Below, one piece after another: positions 25,103 to 37,628 of a DNA stretch of 53,775 nt (position 1 is the stretch's first letter; each line of letters begins with the position of its first letter). The stretch is from Folioceros fuciformis (Eukaryota): assembly GCA_049999805.1 (NCBI GenBank), contig JBNGIO010006293.1:214166-267940 (forward strand). Direction: 5' to 3'. Position numbers and translations under genes: made by a program. The notes under the pieces are model-generated. The model worked only from the letters and a program-made list of their open reading frames with translations. It had not been told where the DNA came from and searched no databases.

Positions 25103-25438
25103 CCCACAGCCCGCCTCTTCCGCAGCATTCGCCAGTTACGCCACAAGGTAAGCGATATCCTGGAAATATGTACGGGAGATTATGTTTGTACCGATACGTA
25201 TTTCCCGTGCCTGTGCTCAGTTTCTAAAAATAGGCGACCCTCATCCATTCCGTCCCAGACGACACCAAGATGGTTCTATCTCGGATTCTTGGAACTGGGG
25301 TTCCTTACATCACTCAGAAGAAATGGCCTATAGAAGAAACGCGCGTGAGTGAAAGCATAGTAACATGACAAGAGTCGTTGACGTTCTGTTACAGCCTGGG
25401 CGCAGATGTGGCAGCGTTACGGACTTCTGTTATGGAGG

Positions 25439-26704
25439 TTATGGTAAAGGGGGCTGGAAGTTGGGGTAAACGGGCTGAACGGGGCGGGTGAAAGGTAAAA
25501 ACGTGGTACACTGGGACGTCGTGCAGGCTCGCCCTTCTGCCTGCCTTGTCCTCCTGCTGCTCCGCCTCGGCTGCCGTGGCCGCTGCTGTTCCTGCTCCTG
25601 TTTTGGAACCTTTCGGATGCATTGGCGGACGAAGCATCTAGATCTCTTGCGTCGCCCTGCCGCCCTCGGCGCGTTCTGATTGTGATTGTGCCCTGGCTGA
25701 ATTCGCGAATTTGGGAGCGGAGCTGTGGATGCGATCTCTGCTTGGAGGAAGCGGAATGCGAGAATGTGAAGAATTTGCAGAATTTCGGGACATGCAGTGT
25801 TGTTTTCTGGCTGGGGGGNNNNNNNNNNNNNNNNNNNNNNNNNNNNNNNNNNNNNNNNNNNNNNNNNNNNNNNNNNNNNNNNNNNNNNNNNNNNNNNNNN
25901 NNNNNNNNNNNNNNNNNNTTGGAGTGTGTGTCTGATCCGGCCGCCAGGTAGGTGAGGGACGACGGGAGGAGCTCGGTGAGGGAATTGTCCGGCTCCAAGA
26001 TGTGGCTGGTTGGAGGTTTGGAATGGCGTTTTCTGCTTCCGAGGAGCTGGCTGTGCCGGCCAGCTCTGGTGATGTGAGCGGCGGGGAAGGATTGGCTCGA
26101 AGAAATTCTGGCGGAGATCCGCTACAAGGCGTGCCTTCGTGACTCGCAGGTTTTTCTGGTTCGAGCTTGGTTTGGTGGAGGGGACGTACGCGGAGCTGCC
26201 GTCGTTACGTCTCTGGTGCTGTATTGGAAAGCTCTGCTGCTTGGCTGCTTCCGCGCTACAGCCGCGGTGTGTCTTTCTCGCTGATTGCAAGGGAGAGCTT
26301 CCTGAAGGTCGAGTTGCGCTCTGTCTGTAGAGCTTGATCCGGAAGCGGCGCTGGAACAATTCGGTTTCCGTCGCACGCTGGGTCTCCGTGTCGGCGGCTG
26401 GCGGGATTGTCCTTGATTGCCCTTTCTTGGGATCGAGGTTGGGATCGGAGAGGCTGTGCGAGCTACAGGAGCTGCCCGTATTGAGGCTTCTCAGGTGCTG
26501 GGAGAAAGAACATGTAGCTTCGAGAACCGGAGCTGTGGAGGCAGTAGCTGGCTTCGCGCGCAAGTATCTGGACGTTGAAGTGTAGAATGATTGGCTGGGA
26601 TGACTGCAGGAGCGTGCATTGCTGAACAGGAAATGCTCAGAAGCCAGTGCCAAGCATTGGAATGGGTTTCGGCAGGTCTGAACCGGCGACATCGTGAGTA
26701 CCAT
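25439..26704 (-). CDS. orphan S/R/P/Q-rich ORF interrupted by an assembly gap
   Basis: About 260 stop-free codons from the ATG at 26704 to the N-gap (25819-25918). It is not a shadow of a plus-strand ORF. No recognisable domain, and the frame after the gap is unknown. Confidence 0.35.
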   Translation of the reverse strand: MVLTMSPVQTCRNPFQCLALASEHFLFSNARSCSHPSQSFYTSTSRYLRAKPATASTAPVLEATCSFSQHLRSLNTGSSCSSHSLSDPNLDPKKGQSRTIPPAADTETQRATETELFQRRFRIKLYRQSATRPSGSSPLQSARKTHRGCSAEAAKQQSFPIQHQRRNDGSSAYVPSTKPSSNQKNLRVTKARLVADLRQNFFEPILPRRSHHQSWPAQPAPRKQKTPFQTSNQPHLGAGQFPHRAPPVVPHLPGGRIRHTLQXXXXXXXXXXXXXXXXXXXXXXXXXXXXXXXXXXPQPENNTACPEILQILHILAFRFLQAEIASTAPLPNSRIQPGHNHNQNAPRAAGRRKRSRCFVRQCIRKVPKQEQEQQRPRQPRRSSRRTRQAEGRACTTSQCTTFLPFTRPVQPVYPNFQPPLP

Positions 26705-26979
26705 CGCACATTCCTCTATGGTTTTTGCCAGCAATTTTACTGACCCTGCAATGCGACTTGTGTGCGTGCGGTTTTTTCGTGGAATGGCGGCCTTGTGTGG
26801 GAGCGTTTGAGTTCCTGCTAATTTTGGACATGGCTGCCGTTTCCTTCCCGCTCGAATGGTGCGTATTATCGCCTGGCGACTCAACTTGTACTTCGTGTCG
26901 TCTTGGCAGAATCATTGATAGGATTTTGGAGGCAACATGTTGTCACAGAAATCAAAGGAGCGTGGACATCTCCAGCCTT

Positions 26980-29900
26980 ATGGCGGAAGAGGACCTGGCG
27001 GACGCCCGTAAATCCTCGGTAGACCTGGGGAGCGATCGTTTGACTCGCCTGTTCCAGACTCTGCTGAAGGAGAAGCTTGCGTGCTTCCCGGTGAGCGCTT
27101 GAACGGAGGAAACGACTTCTTGCTCGCTTGTTGAATGTCTGCCAATTTGACGAACCTTGTTTTCGTGCAGCAGGATGAGTTGCCAGCTTCGGACTCTGTG
27201 AAAGCGAACGAAGGGGAAACTTGGAAGTCAGATGGAAAGGGCTTGTCGGATGAAGTGAGTAAAACGTTTGATTGTTCAAGCTGGCTCTCCGTTTCGTCGG
27301 AATGATCTGTAACTGGTTGCGGAAAGAGCATTCTGAGGCAGTGGTGGTGGCGTGACTTATGTGGTAGGAACGCTGTCAAGATGCGGAAACAAGCAGGAAG
27401 GCCCTCAGAGTGGTTGACATATTCTCTGCAGCGTTAGCTCGTCAAGCCGCCGATACAGACTACAGTATCCTTCAATGCTGCGTCTGGCGTCCTCTTGTGG
27501 ACCTCCTCAGACGTCCTCAAGCTATCACTGTATGGCAAGATCTGGTGCTATTGTTCCCCAAGCTGGTACGAGTTGAGGCGTGTACATGGTGAAACTTCTG
27601 TCGCTTCTACTTTTCATCATGGCCTGACGTCTTTTGGTCCTTGTTGCAGCTCGCAAGGCACGCAGGCGACTTACTTGGAAGGAACGCCGATGGCCATATT
27701 CTTTGTGAAATGTTTGGTTGGCTGTTGTTCATAGCAGCTTTGGACGACAGAGATGCTGTGAGGCAGAAGGCTCGGTCCATATTGCGCCTCTTGTTAAAGG
27801 TGGGAAGACCTGGGAAGTTGTTCAATGCTGCAGGTTTCTCGTAATTCTCCTCCTAATGGTGTTTGTTGGCTGAATGCAGAGCGCTTTCACTGAGCATGGA
27901 GGACTTGTGCAAATGAAGGTCATATCCACCATGGCCCTCATGGATATCCTGGAATTCCGTGTGACAACCCAGCAAGCAGACACAAATAGTTGCGACAGCC
28001 ATTCTAGTGCCCACTCTTACAGAAGGTCCAAGTCAGTGTGCACAACTCAGAGCCGAGATTCAAGCTCTTTCGAGTGGAGTGACAGCGAGGCAGAGCTTGA
28101 GCAAAGAACCTTCAACAGGTCCGAGACCTTTGGTAATTTCAGGGATTCGTCGGACTCCGCAGATTGGTCTCCTAGAGCCAAAGTTGACTCTCCCTCTAGA
28201 CAGTTCAAACAGCGGCGTAGAGACAAGGTGGGCAGAAGATCAGGGGACTTTGTGAAGCTTCCATGGAGCGAGGAGCTTGATGTTCTGAAGGGGCCCCTGC
28301 CTCCTAGTGGCAGCTTGCCTTATCTCCGACGGAAATCCAGCGCCTTATCCAGTTTCTGGACTGCGGACTCATTGGAGAGCATTCTGAGCTGTCTCTACCG
28401 TTTGGAGACATTAGAGGCCAACGACGTCTCTGGTTATCATGGGATGGTGGCACTGGATTTGGACGTATTTGGTTGGAAGGAAGCGCTACGGGACTTAGTG
28501 GTAACCCTACAGCACGTTTTCCAAGCTTGGAGTGAGCATCATAAGATGGTAAGATGTGTCTGCACACTCTCAGCATATCGATGACTGATAGTTTTGAGCA
28601 GCTCATTTCTGCAGGATTCATCTCTGGTGTCCCATTTTCTGGTGATCGCCAGCGGCACCCCTGACAATGTTGTCGTGAAATCCCGCTATCTGCAGATTGC
28701 AAGACAGTCCGTAGATAAGATTCTGTTGGCGGAGACCTGTCTAGCTGTATCCAGAGCATGTTTCCATGTCCCAGATCTTAGCATACAATGGCTTCTTCGA
28801 CTCAGCCGACGGTACAAGGAGGACCACGCCGAACTGCACCAGCCAGAAGCTGCGCAATGCCTCGTGGCATGTGCAAGCATTATCATCCAGCACATGATGC
28901 GGTCAAGTGAATGTTCTCTGTGGGGGACGCCACACCTGCGGACGCTACAAAAGATTTGCCCCGACATGGTAATCATCTTTCCGAAGCTTCTGGGTGGTCG
29001 TCTAGAAAGGTTGCCTTCGGTGCCAAGACCCATGTCACAGGAAGGCGGTGCTGCTGGCTTAGGTTCTTTGTCACAGACAGCTGATGTGGACTACGGTCAG
29101 AGCGTTTATTATTCCCTTCTTGGTTTACCACCAATCAGTAACAGCAGGCCTGATGAGCAGAGGCCTCACCTATTGGACTCAGTCTTAGAGGACGACTCCC
29201 TAGATGCGAAAGTTAGAGACAATCTGGCGGATGCACTGATTCAAATCAGCAAAGAGCGGATTAGCGTCGACATGAGTGATAAAGGGTTTGTGGTCACGAA
29301 GGGTGATCTACTGAGCAGGTTCAAGTCAAGGTCGTTGCCAGCAATCAATGGAGGCCGAGCCCATGTGATTGGATCAACTGAAATTAACTTGGATAGAGCT
29401 CTAGAGCATTTGCACGAAGCGAGTGAACTTTTCAGGGAAGCTGGTTTCTTGGAGACGGCAGCTGAGCTGATTGAGCTTACAATACCGGTCTACCAAAATC
29501 GGAAGGCGTACAAAGAGTTGATTAAGTGCCACGCAAAACTGGCTGCCGTATGCAGCTCAGTGTGCTCCCAGGCCGAGGTGTGGGGTGAACCAACGACAGA
29601 TGCAGCCTACTATCGTGTTGGTTTCTTTGGTGATAAATTCGGACCAAGACTGTGCGGAAAGGAATATATCTATCGAGAGGATAGGTCAGTTTGAAAGTCG
29701 CTGCTTCAGAGTTGACCGCCAGCAGTAAGATTGGTAATTAACGTACGATGCACTTTCGTTTGTTTCTTGGCAGGCACACACATCTGTCCGATGTGACGGA
29801 CAAGATAGGGAACTTCTACGAGAGACAATTGGGTGGAACGCAGTTCCTACGTATCATATCTGATCCAAGTCAGATTCAACCTAGTTCCCTCATTCCAGGC

Positions 29901-30756
29901 ATCGGTTATCTTCAGGTTGTTCAAGGAAAATCTCCAGCTGTTGCCTGTCCTACTCTTCATCTTCATCCAACGCAAAATTTTTGACACCAACGCTTGCCCT
30001 ACTTCTGCTCTCCAGATTATCCCAGTTGAGCCCGTTTTCAGTACAGATAAGGCAAATCAAGGGACAAGAACATTACTGAGAACTTTCTGTTTTTCAACTC
30101 GCCTAACCAGAAGTACTGCATATGGCTCATCCTCCAGATGTAGCTGCGGGTTCAAGGGAGCTTTGCAGAAAAGGAGGAAAACTGTCTTGACAGTTCAAGG
30201 CTGTTTCCCAAACCTCGTGTGCAGGCTTGAAGTGGTGCAGACGGATCCAGTTGTCATATCGCTGGCCGAGCACATTGTCGACTCCGTCGAGCTGTGGACA
30301 CGGAAGCTCAGAGGTGCTATGGAAACAGCTGCAATGCAACTACACAGAGTCCTCCAGGGCATCCTCAGCGCTGTTTACACTCACCATATCTTGACAGTTA
30401 TTTCTATCTGCTTCAAGTCTCCAGGGTCTACGGGCCGTCATTTCACGTCCGAAGATAGGAGGACCAGCTTGGGTGACGACATGGGTAATGAGGAAGCAAG
30501 ATCTCCTCCGTCTTCTGGTCCTTTGCCTTGGGTACCCTGCTCTACATGTCTAAGTGCATTTGATGCTCTTCAACGTGACAGCGCTAGCAAGGAGAGGTTG
30601 AAGACAGCTGTTACCCTTTTCATGGCCACAATCAGGAAAGCACTCAAGGCACTTTCTGAACATCCAGACCGAAGAGACTGGAGGGTCCAAGCCTCTCTCT
30701 CCGACAAGGCGCATCAACTACTTAAGGAGCTCTCCGTCATAATCCAGAAGCCCTGA
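26980..30756 (+). CDS. divergent DOCK-family (SPIKE1-like) protein with DHR-2 domain
   Basis: Spliced exons follow SPK1 order: ADTDYSILQC, DAVRQKA, HVPDLSIQWLLRL, EAAQCLVACA, ELIELTIPVYQNRKAY..L.KCH, DAAYYRVGFFGDKFG..KEYIYRED, KRRKTVLTVQGCFPNLVCRL, LHRVLQG. The start is uncertain (ATG 26980 or 26830). Confidence 0.82.
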
Positions 30757-31204
30757 CTTCACCACTGTACGGATCGCATGAATGTGGCGGTCCCTTATTT
30801 GCATCGTGTATCCTTATGTACTAACAATGTATACTACAGATTCGTTATCTCTGCCATAGGTTCACCCTACAGACATCTTTTTTACCTGGAATATGAAACT
30901 TGGCCCCACTAAGTGTAACTGGTCCGTCGGTTTATAAAGTGCAAACTCTCAATGAAACGAAATGGCGACAGCGTTGTTAGACTAACTGATGTGATAGCTG
31001 TGTTAACCTTTCCGTACCGTCAAAAATTTATGAAATCAATATCTGTACAAAACATTTGAAGGAGCCAATGGACGATAGTCTGTGCAATTGCACATCTTAC
31101 CAAGGCCCAGGTTCACATCACACATCGAATATTTCCCACGCTGAAGCTTGAGGAACTTCCGCCAGATGATCAGAATCTGAAATAATTCTTGCCAAAGAAT
31201 CACA

Positions 31205-31233
31205 CCCCCCCCCACCCCCCCCCCCCCCCCCCC
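31205..31233. repeat. poly-C tract (poly-G on minus strand)
   Basis: Near-uninterrupted C run between the convergent DOCK-like and SAC9 3' ends. Confidence 0.85.
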
Positions 31234-31518
31234 GCCAGCAAACCGAATTGGCGCAGCCAAAACTGCAAACAATATTGCTTAGCTTGTCCACAATACACCA
31301 GCTTCCTGCACATGAACTTGCTAGGTAAGCCCCCGGATCCGTTCAATTCATTAAGCGTTAATGGCGAAGACAACGGGATAGGCAAATTGACGACTAACTT
31401 ACCATTAAGCAACACAAAGGGCGACTTGACACGACGACATGACGTGTGAGGTCTCTCTTATCCCGTCTGGTCGGGACGCGAGTCACATGAAGTCCTGTTG
31501 CAGGATTTCGACCACCTC

Positions 31519-34500
31519 CTAAATTGCATTGACCTGAGGCCATTTGCCCAGCTCTACAGCCAATACCTGGCGATAGGGACGAATCTTATTGGCAAGCGAC
31601 AGGCTTGCGGGTAGAAGAGAATCCCTATCACTGCTTTCAGTTTGATCTGTCTCCTCAGCAAACGTTGATATGTCACCTAGAAGATCAAACTGAAGATACC
31701 GAACGGCAATAACCTGCCCAAAATCATAGTACAGGGGTGTTCCAGGCCGAGTAATGGGGAGTGAATATACTCCCACTGGGACTGGCGCTTGAGAGTCGCC
31801 CTGTAACCGAAACACGTCAGTTACGCCTAATTCGCATCGTCAACCTCAAGCCCACAACAGATTCAGACGCACAAGAATGTGAACTGAGGTGATAAGCAGC
31901 GAGGGCAACAAACATCTAACCTGAACTGCGGACACACTTATTTGCAGTGAAACTGGATTTGTGACAGCTTCATCAATAGCGCTCCCAAGAGCCTGGTCCA
32001 AGACCCGGATTTTGTTGCTCGCCGATATTGTGTACCTGGCTGCACTTTTCACTGCAGCAATTGCATCCAAGCGAAACCCTGCGATAGGCGGCGCATTAGG
32101 TGCTATAAATTGCTGCACCTTCCGACCACCACCAGCAATCCTTTCACTTTCCACTTGTACCTGGGGGAAAGCAGCCATGAGCACTCTACACAAGGAGCTG
32201 TTGTGCTTGCTGTCAAATTAAGCATTCTAAACATCAGGCACAGACGAAACGGATGGAATCCACACCTTCAGACGGGCTGTTCGAGCTGAGGTGTCCAAAG
32301 CGTTTCTGGCAATCATTCGGTCTTGACCTTGAGGCATGTACTCTGTGTCTTCTGCCAATTTTCCCAATACCAGAAGCCGTTTTGCATGTATACAGATGGG
32401 CCCCATTGCTCCTCTAGGCGGCGAACCAAGGAGGTCTTGACTTGCAGTAGACACATTTTGGAGGCTTATCCTCACCCAGAGTATCCGGCAGCGGACAGGT
32501 TTCGGGAGGTTCAACAAGACGTGACGAGGAGCAGCGGAAGTTGCTGATGTAACAGATTCTGGACCATAGATACTTTCCGATGCTGAGCCAACACCAGCAC
32601 CTATAGCACCAATGTCCCATCTGCCGAGCGACAACCGCTCTGTCTCTGCAACTGTGTTGCTACACCAGACATCAATCTGCATGCAGGGTGATCAGTTAGA
32701 AACAAATTTGCACTGCTTAGGTGAGGGTCCCATCAATAAAGCCACGTGCTTACCTGGGGTGTTTCTTGAGGTGAATAACCACATGGACTAACGATTAAGC
32801 ATACAGCTGAGACTAAAGACTGTGCATTGAGGACAATTGATATATCAGCACTTGTGATCCCAAAAGGAAGCTTCCAGTATGACGAACCAGCCTTTGGATG
32901 TGCTATAAGAGATTGCGCTGGCTCTGACCCTTCAGCTGCAGGTACCTGTATTTCACACAAGCTTCTTGAGGGACATGCTTATTGAATTCAAACCGCTTCT
33001 ACACCATACTCCCAAGGCGTCCAACAACTCAATGCACATCAGCTTACCGATGACAGCAGACTTGCATATGGGTACTCTGCAAGCGATGTCAATCCTTTGT
33101 AAGGTAGTTGAAGATCATCAGTGCTTGTATTTTGTCGAGTTGATGACACCGAGAAACTGCTATTTCCCGGTCCAATTGTGAGACCAGCAACCTCCGCCAA
33201 TGCTTTAGATAGCGAATTTTTCACTCTGGTTTTACGGCGCACTGAAGCCAGAATTCGAACACGGTCTAAGAGTACTCCATCCCTATATGTCTGAGGGCAA
33301 CATGCCTGACATAGCACAGCATCCTCGGCGGGGGGACCTCGCGCAGGTCCAGTGCTGAAAGTTGCACCAGAAGATCCTGCTGCAATGCCCCCTAAGTTTA
33401 CCAGCAATGTACATCCATTTTCAGTCCTACAAGCCATACATACTTTTCTCTTGCAGCTGTCACAGGCAGCAAGCCCTGTGGTTCTCGTTGACCCGCTCAT
33501 TTTCTTTCGAATCACTACTTCACAATCTGGATGAGAGCAGCAGTCCGGAATCATGTCGTCCATTTCTTCACTGCTCGACTGGCCCTGCACTTCGAGGCCA
33601 ATAGCAGCAGCCTCCTTATCCTCTTCAAATATATGAGTGGCAAGTGCCATCTGAGATGCCGCCTGCCTAACCTGTGCAAGCTGGTTCAGGCTCAGCATAG
33701 AGTTAGGATCCAGCGTTGCAGGATCCCGGCCAACTGATAGCAATGCCCGATCCCGCTCAGCTGCAGATAAACCCAAGGACAGCCGTGAAATCTCGAGTTC
33801 CATCGCTTCTTGATAGTTTATCGATTGTCTCTACAGACAAGCAATTAAAAACAAAGGATTCAAGAGTTGCTCAGATGATAATTATCACCTTCAAAAGAGA
33901 ACAGTGTCAAGCAACACAAACACAAATGAAAAAATGTTTCTAGCAGAGGGACGTACAGAATCTGAACCTAGAGTCTTCTCCAGTAGCTCCAGATATCTTT
34001 CTGCAGCTGGATTCAACTTCAGTGGAGAGCTACTCTGCAGAGACATAGGGCTTGTCAAGTTTGGAGTTGTTGATTTCCCTGGTGTGTGCTGGAGAGCTGG
34101 CGAGCTTGAGCCAGCAGATGGGTCGTCAAAGGGATCCCAGTTGATCAGATCAGAAGCAATCGACTCTCCTTGTGCTACGGAACCAGACACTGGCAATGGT
34201 GTGTGGAAACTGTCACTTAGCAAGTCAAAGGCAGCAGGAAGTACGTCAGGGCCTGTAACCTGGCTGCTAACATGGTCATGGACTCCAGACAGAAGGTCTA
34301 CAGGAACCTTTCCTGGAGTCAGACTCTCCCTCCTCATACTGCTAGAGGATGGAGCGCTCAAGCGCTGTTGCTCTACATGTTTAGATATCCCACCAGAGAA
34401 AAGAGACACACCAAGGACCTCCACCTGGAATCACAGAACACAGCTAGTTCAGAGTGAGTGATCGATGTGCTAGATAACAACACCAGGAAATTCTGTAGGT

Positions 34501-37500
34501 ACTGAGTAGGGTGTGACGCAGCATCATACCTGACCAAGGGAGATGGGAATTCCAGGTGAAGCGGGATAAAATGTCAGCACCACAACTCGAGTCAGGAAAT
34601 CCAGCTCCCCCTCTTGCTCTTCGAAGTTATAGAGCCAACAAGAATCCCTCCCCCCTGTCCCTGCACCAGTTATAGCAACATCCTCTGCACTCCTGGCACC
34701 TGGTAAGATATACAAGAGTTGTGTTCCATTGGCGCATCTTGGGACAGTTGCACCCTGAAATTCAAGGCACAGATGGCGACGTTAAGATCAAATGAACCAG
34801 AGGCTGTCTTGCTCCTGCATGCAATCAGAACTAAACAAACAAAAACTGAGCTAGGCTCACCTCAAGAACAAGCTTCAGGCTATCAAGATGACGACCAGCC
34901 CGGATGTCAAAAGAAGAAGGTGATGTAGAGTCATCTGCTCCATGCCCAACCGTCAGCAACAGCTGAGAAGCATGGCAAGGTTCGGAGAGGAATATATACA
35001 GCTCCACCACTTCCGCTGCTGAAGGGCACACCTATCAACACAAGTCAGAGACAAATGAATATCTGCATGATTCATTTCGGAACATGTGTAATTTCATCGG
35101 GAACAAAGAAGGTCATGTGTGAACCGCTGACGTACATACCCAAACGATGTCCTTGTATTTGGCACTAATGAGAGCATTTTGAGGGGCTGTGTTCGGAAAC
35201 ATGCTCGGGACTGTTTTGAGCAGACATGCATTTGGCCGAGTCAAGGCCTGCAGTGGTAGAGACACCTGTCAAGCTATTTCACGATTTCAAAACATAGTTT
35301 CAGATTTCTTGGCACTGTTTAGTCACGAACCTGCAGAGGTTTGTCTGGCAAACTAGGAAAGTACTTGCTCAACCGCAACCCTAGAAACATTTCAAGTTGC
35401 TTTTGTCGAGTGCTGTCCATGACCACATTCAAAAATCGTCTTTGCAAAGTGATTGCTAAATTTTGTGCTGGTGACAATGTTTTCGCTTTGCCTCCTTCTT
35501 CACTGAATATCTGGATAATATGACTGTGCATGGCTTTGGAGCCTGTGTAAAGAGTAGCATGGATATCACCGGAGATGAGGAACAGTTCAGCCATTCCAGC
35601 TACAGCACTGGGGATGGTAGCCTCCTTAAACTCATCCACAGTCATGTCAAATCGTATCCAAGGTTTATCCATGCTTGACTCCTCTGGACAAGGATGATCC
35701 CAGGTTGTTTTCCTTGTGTTATGATCAATATAGAATGTCCTTCCAGTAACTCCGTCAGTTCGCTTTTCCCAACCTGGAGGAAGGGAAGCCTCTGGTGCTT
35801 CAGTCCTACCATTGATCGAGCCACTTGCAGCAGTAACCTTCCCAGAGTCAAGGGGATAACCTAGCTGCCTGCACTGCTCAGCAAGAACCTGTACAGCACC
35901 AAAGAAGCTGGCTGCATTGGTCCTGTCAAGAGAATCTGCACAGTTGAATCTTATAACTCCGTCCTGCTTCTTCACAGTTCTAAAAGCTCCCCCATAGGCA
36001 CCTCTATTTGGAGTTAACGAACCTGTAAAATCTTTGGGCTGTTGGCCTTTAGCGTAATATTCGCCTAGATCAAATTTTATATCACTTGTTGGGTCTTTGA
36101 GCAGCTGCCACAGCCCCTCCACAGTCTTTGGTTCCCCGATGGCCCTAGTCTTGTCGTGCCAGTCGTAGTCAAGAAGAAAAATTCTTGCATCATCATCCTT
36201 GCGATGCGATCTTGCAAATTTGACGGACTCATGAAAATGCTGCCACAGGACTGCCTCGGGCTTTCCAACTCCGCTCCTCAGAAGATTAATGCAGACTAAT
36301 GGCGGTTGCCTTGACTTGCTAGCCGCCTTTACACCTGAAGCATATCGACGGCTGAGCCTTCTGAAGTATTGAGGGGAACCTTCATAGGTCCTCTTCTCAC
36401 AAACAAAAATTTCAGCTTCCGCAATGTTGGACTTGATCTCAGCCCCCCACCACAAAGGGACCGTTCCTCGCCGCCAGAGGTACATAGCGAAAGGAACTGG
36501 CAGTCCTGAAGTAACATGAGGCCAAACCAGCTGCTCACACTCAACTTCATTCCCTGCAAATTAAGATCGGACCAGAGAAAGAGTAGCCCGCAGCTTCAGT
36601 CATGGGGATGTTTCAGAGTGATTGGTAAGAATGGTTAGATACTTTAGGCAATCAAACCTGTGCTGAAAGCTCCATTCATGCCCCGAGCCAGGTACCTCGT
36701 TCCAGCATGCAAACGGCTTCGTCTGGCCGTAAGAGCTACGGTTAACTGCTCACCATCAAGAGTTGAGAATGTGCGACTATCTGCAAGCCCCTGCACCAAA
36801 AAGCTTCGAATCAGACGATACCTTGCTTTTCAAAGATTCAGATGCCGTCTGTTGAGCTGTTATGACAGGCAACCACCCGAGAGTTTACATGTACCTGCAA
36901 AAGAACCACACAGTGCCGGGGCAAACCAATCGCCTTAAAAGGAGATGATAACCAGGAGTTCCAGGCAAACTCCTCGTCTGGAGACTGAACGGAACTGGGA
37001 CTAGGGAACGGCCGAGTGATGTCCCTTGTCTCACAGAAGAAATGGACGTTGTCAATGTCAATGCCCGCGAAATCGGATGCATTCTTCGCCTCCCCTTTCA
37101 GCAGAGGCTGCGGATTTCTGAGAGGAATTTTTACCCACTTGCTTTCGACAACCGTTTGAACAGAATCACCGCCCGGAAGAAAAGAAATGGATGTCCGTAG
37201 CCTGATAGCGACGAGCAGGAGGCCCACGCTTCCGAGCACAGCATAGCCAAGAATTGCTTTCCCATACCAAGTGCTCTTGGGAATCCAACGCGAGTTGCCT
37301 GTCACAAACTGCAGAGCCTCCGCCTCTGTCGGAAATACATCCACCCCTGGCCGACCAGAATAGCAGAGTGCGCCTGTCGTCGGATCGACCCCGATAACCT
37401 GTGTTTCGCGCTGCCCGGAGAGGCTCGTGATGACAAAGAACTCCCCTGACTCCAACTCCACCACAACCACTGTCGTCTCTGCTCCATCACCGTGGATCCA

Positions 37501-37628
37501 CCACAGAAAACAGGGTTTCAGCGAAACTCGAACACAAAGCACCGAGACACATCACAACATGCCGAAGACAGGAGACGCACAGCAAACAAAGCATTGCCTT
37601 CCTCTCACATACCCCGACGTTCAGCCAT
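31519..37628 (-). CDS. SAC9: phosphoinositide phosphatase SAC9
   Basis: Multi-exon. SAC domain with WRRGTVPLWW and catalytic RFNCADSLDRTN, WW domain LPPGWEKRTDGVTGRTFYIDHNTRKTTWDHP, and the long SAC9-type C-terminus (EQEGELDFLTRVV, LSAAERDRALLSVG, LSLANKI). The start is inferred from a short first exon (MAERR). Confidence 0.93.

Noticed and set aside
35915-35950. SAC catalytic motif has Ser (CADSLDRTN) instead of the second Cys
   Set aside because: This is a known feature of SAC9 orthologues, not a novelty.
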